Part shown: piece by piece, positions 37,001 to 48,700 of the stretch
How positions within the stretch are numbered: the stretch's first letter is position 1
Layout of the letters: the number at the start of each line of letters is the position of its first letter
Source: Haliotis rufescens
Lineage: Eukaryota
Length of the DNA: 64,000 nucleotides
NCBI RefSeq assembly: GCF_023055435.1
Contig: NW_025964353.1
Coordinates: 1,550,001-1,614,000 of the forward strand
Direction of reading: 5' to 3'
Position numbers and translations under genes: made by a program
The notes under the pieces: model-generated
Database searches by the model: none
The model's input: the letters and a program-made list of their open reading frames with translations, nothing else
What the model was told of the DNA's origin: nothing

Positions 37001-40000
37001 GTAAGCTAGCACCATGAGATTTTTGTACCCCTAAACAACAACAGCCATTCAGGTATGACGCAGAGGCTTACAGGGTCAGCAGTAATTTGAATAGTCAATT
37101 ATTACCATAATATGATGCTAATGCTTTAACGGAATATTGTAACTAACAGTAAATACAGATTGAAATAGCATAATAACCTACCTCCTGGAGGGTCTTTTGC
37201 TAAACAATAAATATTTCTGATATCTTACCAGATTGAAGATTATTTCGGGCTACACATATTACAGTTATGTAGTTAAATCAGGTGACTTCCCCTCAAGATA
37301 TAAAGGCAGTTGTTGATGGCATGGCTACACCTGCTTGTTTGATCTAAACAGCTTCTGGCCACATTCACAACACTGCTATGTCACAGGACATAACACTTGC
37401 TCTGCTTAGAAAAACTGCCAGGCTATTCAACCCATTTTGAATGTGGAACATTTTGGTGTTGATAGAAACCCTTTTTATTCTATTTTTGTGTTTGAAATAC
37501 ATTACAACCATACATTGTATATATTGCTGATATATGTTAACAAGAGTGTTTGCTGATATGTTTTAAATATTTCTATTAAATACATCTTAAAATGAAGAAA
37601 TATTTGAAGAATATGAACCATTCATTACCATTGATTTAAGGAATATATTCATTACATACTTATCTTCATAATGATATTGAATTCTTGGGGCCAAGGAAGT
37701 AGAAACTCAATCTGGGATTAAATACCAGCATTAAAACAATTTCTTGATTTTTAAAAATGACCATGGTTGGAATGGTAATAATTCATCCCTTGACTGAATA
37801 CTCTTATATGTCACGTTGTTGTGACAATACTTTTGTTAGTGATTAAAAAACATATAAAATAACTCAAAACAAGTCATAACCATATTTTTAGTATCTCTAG
37901 TATACACTGTACAATGATACATAGGAATATGAGTGAAAGTTTTTGGGCAGACACCCCAATGGAGCTTTCTAAATCTAACACTTTCACCACTGTTAGAATG
38001 AAAGTTGAGCGGTCCTTCATGATTAAACTTAAAGATCTAACAGGTCCATTGATTATTTAACACTGCAACATAAAGCCTCAACAATCCTGGGAGCCTTCTT
38101 AAATCTAACACTGATCATTGTACATTGGTACATTTTGGCAGAAAACTAGTCACTAGTCCTAATAACTTTCGACCTGTCTTGAATTTGTGGACTAATGTCT
38201 GAATTGACCCATGAAAATATACACTCTGATTGCTGTGAGTGGAACTTGTTCCAATTAACATACCAGTTATAGATATTATCGATATCTCGGTTGCTTTCAG
38301 TTCAAATGCAACAGCCATGACATCTGGGACAGATTATTTTTCAATTCAGTTAGTCAATAATACAAAAGTTATGGGGGACAATAAAACTGCTCATAATTAT
38401 AACATGCTTGATAAGATGGACAACGTTTCAAGGCCTGTTACTGCTGCAAAGATTCCTAGTACATAAAGTTCCTTTTCACAAATTTGGTATTTCTTTTCAT
38501 TGTCATTTACATAAAGGATACTGAGAAATAGTGCTTAATGTGTTAATTTTCTGTTGTCATTTACAATCTCAGTCTGCAACTCTATCCACTAGTCCAAAGC
38601 CACAGTCTAATAAAATTTGTTCGGTCTAATATAGTAATCGCAACTTATAATAATTCACATAATAAGGGACCAGTTCAAAAGTTTGATGTTGCATAAAAAT
38701 CATAATTCATTAAGTTTAGGGGTTTGTGAAGCAATGGCCCCGCAAGTTTTTCATCCGATAAAATCAACTTACCTGATGACTCAATCATTAATATAGTAAC
38801 TAAACTGAGCAAACTCTCTGATCCCTTTTCACCTATCCCATTTATATTCACATGCTGTTAGGAGTCATTAAATACATCTGGTCTATCAAGGAGTTAGGGT
38901 TTTGTAATTGCCAGCACTAGTGGTGAGTCCTTCTAGTGCAGTGTGTAATACAGAATGGCAGATTTGATCTGTAAAAACCCTTCAGATGATTTTCAACACC
39001 CAGTAAATAAACTTTAATGGATTATCGTCCTGAAAAAGCAGGGTAACACATGAGAATATGTACCAAAAGAGGTCACTCTACTCAGGAGTTCAACATTTTC
39101 AGAATTAATTTTTAAGGAGGTAGGGGGTATGTCTCAAAACTTAAGGAATTCACCATTTTATCTGACATCCAACCTTTGAACTGGTCCCTAACACTACATT
39201 CAACTGAAAATTATGCCAAGATCCATGTTTGGGCTAGTAGTCTCAAAAGTATTTGGAACAAATAAATCAATTGCTTTTTTGAACGAGACATCAATCTTTA
39301 AATTTTTGCCAGTTTTTGGTTGTTACCAGTGATTTTCCTTTAATTTACCTGCATCAACATGACCTCCTCCCAGAGCTGTTGATTGACATAGAACTCCTTG
39401 TGAACTTCCTGGATCAGAACCCTCCAGTTCTGGCTCACACAGAGTGCGTTCTGTTGTGTCGGTCTGTCTAAAAGGCTCAGAATATACTTAGACAGATGTA
39501 CAGGCAACAACCGGATGAAGTCGCGATACCGAGACACCCCAGAGTAAGCTTTAGATGAAGTAGACACCACCATGCAAGCTGGGTCAATGGAGAGGTCAGT
39601 TGATCCAGAGAGACTGTCATCTCCACTGTCATCATTGATAATATCCTGATCATACTCATCAATACATTCTCCAGTGAAAGGGTCTGAGCGTATTCGACCA
39701 TAGTGTGAATTGGTCTGTTGAAGAAAAAGAAGCTCCCGATGGTCGTCCGAATCAAAGGAATAGTCTGAAGCAGCAACCGATGGTGCCTCAGTGTGAGTCA
39801 AGTCTGAAACACAAAAATAACACGCCGTATCCGACTGAACATGGTTATCTCACTGAAGTCCAAGCGAGGAACTCCTCTACCTCAAAGTTCTGGTTACCTC
39901 AAACTTTGACTGTTGCCTGCTTAACCTCTACGTGAACCTAAGCTGTAAGGATATAATGTTTTATGATATCATTCCCTTCCAGGTATATGTTATATACAGC

Positions 40001-43000
40001 AAGTTTCCAAAAGTATTTCACCATGAAGGTAATATAAATAAGATTGTGTATTTACATTACTCTAATAGTCTAGATTAGCAAACCAAACTGTCTAAAGTAA
40101 CAGGAACAATAACCATGATATTATTTCTTGTTTGCTGCATCAGTAATATCATCAGTGTTCTTGAAAAAAAAACATTGCTGTTATCAAGAAGAAACTGATC
40201 ATGCTTTTGGAAATATGTTATGGTTCTGACTACTTCCAATTAAAGGTCACTTGATATACAGTACTACAGTCTGAGTGATACAACAGAGCACTAGCCCACA
40301 TGATGGTAACTTTTACATGATACTAAACTAATTCTACAGGTACAAGCATAATTAGTACATAACAATGTGATATGTTAAGCATAGAGCAGCATGAAGTGGT
40401 CAAACTTATTCTTGGATGCTTACAAAAGCCTTGGTCCTCCATCACAAAGCAAAAGCTATGACTGTTGTAAGTACAATACCTGAGTTTCACTTATGACTCT
40501 GGCCCTGAATAGTTGAGATTGTTATTGCCAATTTCTACATACGATTAATGAACAACCCCAAGTGAACACTGTATATTTAAAAAATACAATTGATCTCCTA
40601 CTTATACTACTCTCCAACTTTCAATATCCCTTAATGGAGTCAACTCAAACATTTAACACATAGCATAGAATGCAGTCATTGCTTGCTGTTATTATTCTAC
40701 GCATTCACTTGGTCATACTTATATACATAGCCTTTTTTATTCATATCTTAATTTCTGTCATACATATTGTTTCAAAATCCACATTGTTACACACAACCAG
40801 CTCTTAAGATTTTGACTCATCCCTTTAATACCAACATACAGTAAACTACGGTTATAACAAACTCAAAAGGACTACTAATTTTCGTTCGTTATAACCGTAG
40901 TTTGTTATAAGCGTATTCGTTATAACCGTAGTTTACTGTACATCATCCATTTGCTTTTAGTAACTATCATAATTTAGACACTGCTACACAATCACTGGCA
41001 GATCCAGAAGAGCACCACCTTTCTTTAAGATTCCTAACATATTAACTGTGATTTAGGCATTATGTGCATCCCTTTTCTCAAAATACTGGATACGCCTATG
41101 AAAATACATGCTTTCAATATGTTTCAAATGTTCTTTTATACCATAGACCCTCATTAATGACCATTACTGATTTACTACAAGTCAATGGATTTGACACATC
41201 ACTTGTGATTGCAAAAGCAAAAGAACGAACATATCCATGACATTCATCATGTACATTAATACACCAATTTCACTTAAGCCATTCAACAGAGTGACCACAT
41301 ATACAAATCAGTTGTTGAAGTTAATGTAGCCAGTGCTATGGAGAGAATTAGTTACAGATTTCTTACAACTGTATTGATTAACTCAAGGTTTCAGTTTTGT
41401 TCATTTTCTATGACATTTATTGATAATCATCCAAAATGTCCACAAGATATTTTTCATTTATGGGAATGGTACAGAAAGACTGTCCAATCATAATTTGCTA
41501 AAATTACAAAAATGTTGTAATGACATTTATCTTCAGCAAAGTCACTGATTCACTTTATCTTATGTTGCCCCAAACAATTTGTAACACTGTCCAAAACATG
41601 TCTTGTTTAAGATTTTGTCCTATTCTTCAGCTTGTGATGGCACAAGACATAAAACGTAAGTGAATTTTAACTCTTTGCCAAATTGACAATTGACAATCAA
41701 AATAACATGCTGGAGTATTCTTTAGTGCTTGATGGAGAAAAGATCACATCTTGTACCTATGTCCAAGCAAACAAAACAATATCACAAAATGTGATGAGAT
41801 GACAGATTGATTGCTGAAAGCTTCTTTGATATATTACAGACGCAAAGAAAACACCCAATTTCTTTCCCAGCAGGATGTTAATGTCAGTAACTAGGCAAAC
41901 ATGTATATAACTTGCAAACACAAAACATATAAAAGATGTAAGGCTGTAAAACTGTCAGAACAGTTCCACTGACAAACTTGCACCCAATAATTCATTATAT
42001 CGGAACAAATCAACCAATTTGCGTGTAGTAGAGTTTTGAATCAGCAAGAGGACCTCATACCACTATCTTAAACAAAAGCAACAAAAGAGTAAGCAAGTGA
42101 GTGGGTTTTATGTCATTTTTAGCAGTATTGAGCCAAATCAGGGCAATGGTCAGTGAACTCTGAGAATTGGTTAGACACTGGGTGGTCTTCCTTCCCCTAA
42201 TGCGAGTGAACACATCAACAACTACACTGATGTCCCTTGAAAAACAAGAAACAGTTATTTTAATCCCAGCAACTGAAAAATATAATTTATTTTCATCATC
42301 TACTGGCAATTGCTATACCATATACAGTAACACCCTGATGAATTTACCATCATCAAACTCAAAAAGTTTCTTATCTCAAAGTTGACATCTGACATCGTAT
42401 ATATATGTTATATCATCATGATCATGTATGTTCATAATTAATCCATATTTCCATATACCCTGCCTGCTTTATATTCAATACTTCAGTTTTGTTTTGTTCA
42501 TTGAACTTTAAGATAACCATGCTTATGGGAATCAAATGTGTTTAGTTTAAAATGGAAAAAGACAACTGAATTGAATATACATTAGTAGAAGTATAGGTTA
42601 GACCACTCGGACCCAGTGTCTAATAGTTGAAATGGTTATTTAGACCACGAGGTGTGCAGGGCCGAGTTGTTTAATCAACCATTTCAACGATTAGACACTG
42701 GGGTCCGAGTGGTCTAACATAATTAAACCATGTCCAACATTTATAGCACCTAAAATGCTAAAAAAACCCAGGTTTTGTTAAAGGTATTCTGAAAGATATA
42801 TTCAGGAACTCAACTGTTAGAACACTGTGTGAGTCAGCCCTGCGTGAAGCACATGAAATATGTGCCCCCGAGCATTTCACACATGCACCTCCAACTTTAA
42901 ATGCTGATTTGGGTTATGAAATTTATATCCCGGGGCAAGTAAACCATTTATTTTGGACCAATTCAAGCGCTTTTATTAATCACCTAAATATTATTTGCCC

Positions 43001-44323
43001 ATGTTATGGGCCTTTTATGAGCAAACATAGCCATGATCAAGATAATAGTAATTTCGTTTCTATCTGTTTGTTTCCTTGAACAAAAAGCTACCAAATCACA
43101 AGTACTGCACAAATACTAACATGCATCGAGTAACATACTGTTATAAAAATTGCATAAAACATATTTTGCAGTTCATAAATGGATAAACAATTAGTCTGAT
43201 GTAACTAAATATTTAGTTGTTAATTTCACACAATTTTTCCCATGTTGCCGAGGCAGAAGACTACATTCGTTAACCTTCCGTGCGGACTTTGCGGGTTCAA
43301 ATCCCGCTGGCGACCTTTTTTACATGAAATTGTTCTATCATCAACATAAATGCTAGGGAAAAAAAGAAATTTCGTCATTGCCAAGTCGTATTTAACTAAC
43401 AATAAACCTAGTTAGACCACGGTCAAAGACAAAGGAGCCATGGTTTAAGGGGAATTAATATACTGCTTCTCTGGACAGAAACAATTTATGAACCACAAAC
43501 ATGAGGTTTTAACTTAAAACATGTTTTGTTTAGAGTATTCAGCTGTATCACTCAATAATTGTCTTGTAAATCTTAAATATAAATATATATATAAATATAA
43601 ATGTAAATTCTCAAAATAAGCCCCTATTATTGAGTTAGAATATGTACTTTCTTCAAATATAAATGTATAAATTTTCTTAAATATCTGCCTACCTAGCAAT
43701 ATTTGAAACAAGGATGGATCAGTTTCAACAATGGATGGAATATTACCTTCATGGCCCCCACATGCGTTCTCCTCGGAGATGAGTAATGTTCTTGCTTGCG
43801 TCCCAAGAATATGTAGAAGATGAACATCACACAAACGCAATAATGCCAGGGCAAAATTTGATTTTGACCAATAATTTGATTTTGCAAACCAGTCCCATGT
43901 CGAGGTAATGTAGTACTCAACAGCACCGGATGATAAACTCCGATCGGAACTAAGTGTCATTGTATCTGTCCGTAAACTTGGGCATGTTCTCATCCGAGCA
44001 TAGGTATAGTCCTTGTTCAGTAACGGTTGAAGAAGAGTCACTAATTGTTGTAGTAGGTTAATACTGTGTATGCGTCTCATCAATCCCAACATGAAGCGTT
44101 TTTGGGAATGGTCTCCAAAGCGGGGGAACCATTCCTTAACATATTTGAGTCGGTCATTTAACTCGCATGTTTCACATTTTCCACACACAGTTGCCTTTTG
44201 TGAAAAAACACATCTCAGTTCTGGAGCCTTTCCCAGGTTAAACTCATAGGTTTCCCGATTGGACTGTGGATGCTTCATTGTACTGGATAGGGAAGATCCA
44301 GTATAGTTGTACACGTCCAACAT
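22908..44323 (-). CDS. FBXW10: F-box/WD40 repeat protein FBXW10/CDRT1-like, ~1250 aa, 9 coding exons
   Basis: Exons 44323-43747, 39803-39349, 31110-30875, 30188-29985, 28989-28868, 28378-28230, 26255-26113, 25646-25488 and 24615-22908, total 3753 nt in frame. Contains the N-terminal CGKCETC motif, the F-box DFIRLLPVHLSKYILSLLD, several GH...WD-type repeats (SGSYDTSVRCW, TGSADGRLRIW) and a long low-complexity tail. Confidence 0.88.
27050..27315 (-). mobile_element. family B copy
   Basis: Full length with a duplicated internal hairpin; TSD TTATACTTGATGT. Confidence 0.85.
27922..28137 (+). mobile_element. family B copy, diverged
   Basis: GGTTTAGAATTGGCCTTCA...GGTGGTCAGGCTGGCTGACTTGG...GCTGGAATATTGCTG...AAACAACAAAC. 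Confidence 0.7.
29640..29865 (+). mobile_element. family B copy
   Basis: CCCGTGAAGATATGGGGTTAGAATAGGTCTTCAGCAACCC head and body. Confidence 0.8.
31312..31589 (+). mobile_element. tRNA-headed SINE family D
   Basis: GTGGCCCAGTCGTCTAAGGCGCC...GTGGGTTCGAATCC head, GGGCTTTCCTCCCACATTAAGC body, shared tail and (ACTC)n; TSD TACAATACCACA. Confidence 0.8.
31734..32193. mobile_element. non-autonomous hAT-like element
   Basis: Termini TAGGGC...GCCCTA; 8-bp TSD GTGGCAAG/GTGGCATG; subterminal CGAATC/ATTCG repeats. Confidence 0.65.
33835..34004 (+). repeat. (GATT)n microsatellite blocks
   Basis: Interrupted (TGAT)n runs at ~33835-33889 and ~33976-34004. Confidence 0.9.
40839..40938. mobile_element. 100-bp Tc1/mariner-type MITE
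   Basis: TIR CAGTAAACTACGGTTATAAC / GTTATAACCGTAGTTTACTG with TA TSD; relatives at ~49737-49911, ~50940-50991 and ~61400-61560. Confidence 0.85.
43244..43315 (+). pseudogene. degenerate tRNA-like sequence
   Basis: Acceptor-like GTTGCCG/TGGCGAC, perfect T-arm GCGGG-TTCAAAT-CCCGC, followed by TTTTTT; D and anticodon arms are not canonical. Confidence 0.35.
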
Positions 44324-44846
44324 CTTTCGACTGAAATTGAATAAATGGAATGTCCATTATTAACATTATTAATTAATAAATAATTCATACTACACATCAG
44401 TTATTATCTTGTGAAAAAATCCATGTTTGTATCACAAAATGGCATAAGAGGAACTTTTTGGAATACAAACTTCATTCCAGCATACATAACAGTTTTTCAG
44501 AAGATAGGTTTAATGAAAAGAAACTAAAATATTTTTAAGAGAATGTATAAGAGAAAGAAACAACATAGATTAGAAATAATAAATAAGTTTTCTTCATAAT
44601 TATAATTGCATTAGCATATAATGATTGAATTTAATAAGCATTACCATCAAAATTCATGAAATAAAAATTAAACATTCAACAAAACATGAAGTTAAATAAC
44701 TCAGATCTACAAGCATTTTAAAGCTAGAGTTCTATGAATATAAATTGCTACAAGCATGTGTCTATGTAAAATCCAAAAGTGTATGCAACTGCATGCAAGA
44801 GTAGACGATGACATCAATACAAAGTTCACACAGTAACTTTTCTTAC

Positions 44847-45010
44847 CAGTATCCTAATTGTTTAATGGTATCCCGTTAGCCAACTGAAGGTGGATCTGTA
44901 ACATTCTCCAAACATTCCCTCTGAATCCTCATTGCCACTGTATCACTTCCACTACAACACAACCGACCAACCATACACATTCGAGTCGGGGCATTATCTG
45001 TTCAATATGG
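44847..45010 (-). other. probable non-coding first exon of FBXW10 containing short uORFs
   Basis: Donor CTG|gtaaga at 44847/44846; acceptor tttcag| at 44330, 7 nt before the ATG at 44323. An in-frame stop upstream rules out N-terminal extension. The 5' boundary is approximate. Confidence 0.5.
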
Positions 45011-45610
45011 CTTTCTTAGTAGGCCGCTTGCATTTGAGCGTCGCCGTCCCCAAGGTGACAACTATTTGTTTGCTTAATCGTATTGAGATTCGGCCTTTGG
45101 ATCTCTGCACGTATGAATGGAGGAGTTATCGCCCTTGATGCGACGGCCCCCGTACTTATCCGGTTATAACTCAGTATTCGACAAAATATTACCTTGTGGT
45201 AATTTAAAAATGAAAATAGACGTTATCAGTTAACCCCAACATAATATTACCCAGTGCTAACTAGTGAACATTGCTTCTCTTGAAACAGATAACAGAATAC
45301 TGACACTCTAATCTTGCCCACTGCCTCTTTCGTAGGCCAAAGTAAATGAACTGACACTAAATTGATTACAGTGTCAAATTAAAACAACAACTCGTTCACC
45401 ACAAACTGGTAGCAGTACCACTTGTATTTCGCACTGGAAATTTTAAGACCCTTAAATTGGACACATTAAATGTGTGAAAATAAGCAAGGGATAAACCCCA
45501 CATGCGGCGCGTCGTCTGCTACCGGAAGTAACCTTATCGAGGTTCGCCTCTTAGCAACTCAGTCGCCCGGATGTTGATTATACAAGATGGAGGATCTCTG
45601 TTGGTGACAG
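45010..45610. promoter_or_regulatory. bidirectional promoter between FBXW10 and DNAH3
   Basis: CpG-containing interval between divergent genes. X-box-like GTCCCCAAGGTGAC at 45046-45059, FOX-like TGTTTGC at ~45067-45073, ETS ACCGGAAGT at 45521-45529, RFX half-site TAGCAAC at 45552-45558. Confidence 0.6.
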
Positions 45611-45748
45611 GTTTCGCGAATTATAGTGTTCATGATTACGGGGACTGATGCCCTTGATAGAGGTCCCCAGAAAGTGACGACAGCCTCTGTAGCAAAAACA
45701 ACATAAATACATCTCTGAGAGTAGCCTACAGATTTCTTGTTTTCAGAT

Positions 45749-48700
45749 ATGGCTCTTCAGCGGGCCAAGGTTTGTAATGAATTTGATAATTTGGTAGTTC
45801 GGCACACAAATATCTGAGCCTATTCATACTGCAGGCAAAGACATTTTATCCTTTTAAACTTTTCTCATAGGTTTATGTTTTGATTATTGGAACTGTAAAA
45901 GTGCGTTGAATTCCCTCCGGTGTAAGTCGTCAAAGCAGGTGATATACCATGTTATTCATCTCATCTTCATTCATTCATAGTCTTTTTTATAGGAAAGTTG
46001 GAATATTTTTCAAAATGCTATTTTTCACTTTGCTTTGCACTCATATCGATATCCTTTAGTTAACACCAGTTGCATGAATATGTTGGTACGACTTTCGCCC
46101 ATATGAACCATGTGAACAGAGCTACAATAACTGCATTTTCGTTAGAAATATTTTTTATTAATATCTTACAAGAAATAATCATGTTTGGCTAGTTGTGTAA
46201 GTTCAAGTTTTCAAAGGTCACTAGCTTTACTATCAAGTCAATATATCCTTGTGTTATGGGTTTTTTAACCCCTAAGATGTAATTCTGATTATGTGTCTAA
46301 TAACATTTATTAACAATCCCAATACATGAAAACTAAATCTTACCTTTGAGAACATTTATTTCTGTTAACACTTAGATGGTTAAATTTTTTTTGGTGATAA
46401 TGCCTGTCAAGGCGAGATGAGTCGGTCAGATGCCTACTTGTTACGGTCACATGATTTCAAGCCCCTCCATTACAGTCAAATTAAAAATAGATGCACAACA
46501 TGATAAGCCACATGACAGTAAAGACAGGAAGCTGATACATCAATGTATTCATCCGTGCATACGAGTTCTGATGCAAAATTATCGTCAGATCAAGTTGAAA
46601 TCCGAGCTCCAGATAACTTTTTGAGCAATTGAGTTTTTACTCTAGGGTTTCAATTTTAATTGGGTTATTACATTTTTCATTGGGTAACCAATATTTTTTC
46701 ACTCATTTATTCCTCACTCTATTGGGTTTTCCCAAAATTAGTGAACATTTTAAGATTTAAAAGAAATGTAATAATGTTCTATTTGTATGCATGCTGAAAA
46801 AGCTTCACTGGGTATTTACGCGAGCTGTTTTTGTACATTTAATTTAATGCATGCGTTTCTGTGTGCAAGTTAGTTGAAAGTAATTGGGTTTTGAATATTT
46901 GGGTGTGTTGTTTTACGCAAATACGCTGCTTATCTGTAGCTGTGAAATACATGAAATACATTCTACATAGATGATTAGATATTATGTAACAATGTTTTCA
47001 TCTTTGAATAAATCAATGTACAACACATGACAAGATTCCAAGATTCAGCTGACATACATGACAACTTTTCAGGTGTGTGAAACACCAATCCAGAGTTGCA
47101 GCAAGACCAGAGGGCTGCCTGGACTTCCCCCACTTCCATCAACTGATAGTCATCCCTCTGACCTCTATCAGGTAACATTCAGGCCAGATATGGATGTGAA
47201 ATGGGATTATTCAGAATACCCTAGCCTGTCATTTAGGCTTATTTTGAGTAATTACTTGTCTGTGATGATGTTTACCGTTCCTCATATACGAATAGAATAA
47301 ATACATAATAATGGGCTTATATGTTTTTCAAATTTGGTTCTTAGGGGTGACTTTTTTCACTATTTGGTATAGGAAGGTTTGCTACCCAGAGTAGTGGATG
47401 ATGTTTTTTGGGGGGAGGATGTGCTGTTGTAATTGGTGCCTAACAACCAAGAGTATAAGGATTTTTGAAATGTCATTTTCTGGGTAGGCACATGAAAAAC
47501 TTTTCTCTTTTCCAGATTGTGTTGAGAAACAGTGAGCATCCTCCGTTGATGAAAGGGACATCATGGACTCTTGCAGCACCATTCAAAGAACAGAAATATC
47601 ACCGCAGCCCCAGCGAGTCTATTGCCAACAATTACACACCTACAGCATCAGATTTAAAGCTCAGAGACCTTCCAAAACTTGTGCGATCCAAGACAAAAGG
47701 TAGGCGAGTCTAAAGATTCCATTGACGCCTGCTTGAATTCAAAATTTAACAGTCCTGACCTCAGTAATAACAGATTTGCTTTATTTGGCATGTAGTTATC
47801 AGATTAAAATATTTTTGTATCATTTATTTCATACTGACCAATGTGTTTGTTTTGTTGTTCTATTCAAGTATAAATTTTTTGTGAATCTTCCTGATTAGTT
47901 TCTATAAAGAGTTATACATACAGTTTCTTGCAGTTATTATTATCACTTTTGATGAAAGATGTTAATAATTTTCAACTTTGATCTACTTTATTTGAGCAAC
48001 ATGAGCTAAGCAGCTGTATTACAAAAAAAAATCTATCTTTTAGTTGAAGATCTCTTGCTTCCAGGTGACATTTGCTTCTCAATTTGAACTAATATCAAAG
48101 CATCAGTGAGCGTGAATAGTGATAACATAGGTTACAATCAGAATAGTTTAATTGAATATTAGTTTTCAGGTGCCGCTTGATGCAATGCTCCTTGACTTTA
48201 GTTGTCTTCAGCATAACATGTTCATGTTGTTTTCAGACAGAACTTTGCCCCCAATTCACACTAGTGGTAGGTAGACTAAGTGGTGTTACTAACTCAATGA
48301 CTTGGTGTGATGTTGCTACTCATAGATGTTACTGTGTGTTAGAGAACATTGTCTGTGTGTGTTTGCTGTAAAAGTCAGGGTGATTTCTTTAGCTCTGTAC
48401 AGCCTTTGTTTGGTCATACTGTAAAGTAACAAGTTTTCTATACAGTGTATCTTGTGAGTCCTAGTAGTGTTCAGTTAGGCTTAAAAAATAAAAGAATTGG
48501 TTCTCAGGCAATGGCTTTTGAAAATATAGTGCGGGAGGGCGGCCTTTTTGTGGAGGGGGTTGTGGTGTTCAAACTACATGTAGTATGTAAACAAATAAAC
48601 AGTTTCTACCAACAACCTGGGATAGGGCCTCCCTACATAAATGTTTTCCTTGATGAGTAAAATTCTGGAATACAGTATTGGACTATCGTTGGACTACGAG

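Noticed and set aside
43244-43315. Functional tRNA gene
   Set aside because: It lacks a canonical A box, D arm and 7-nt anticodon loop; kept only as a relic.
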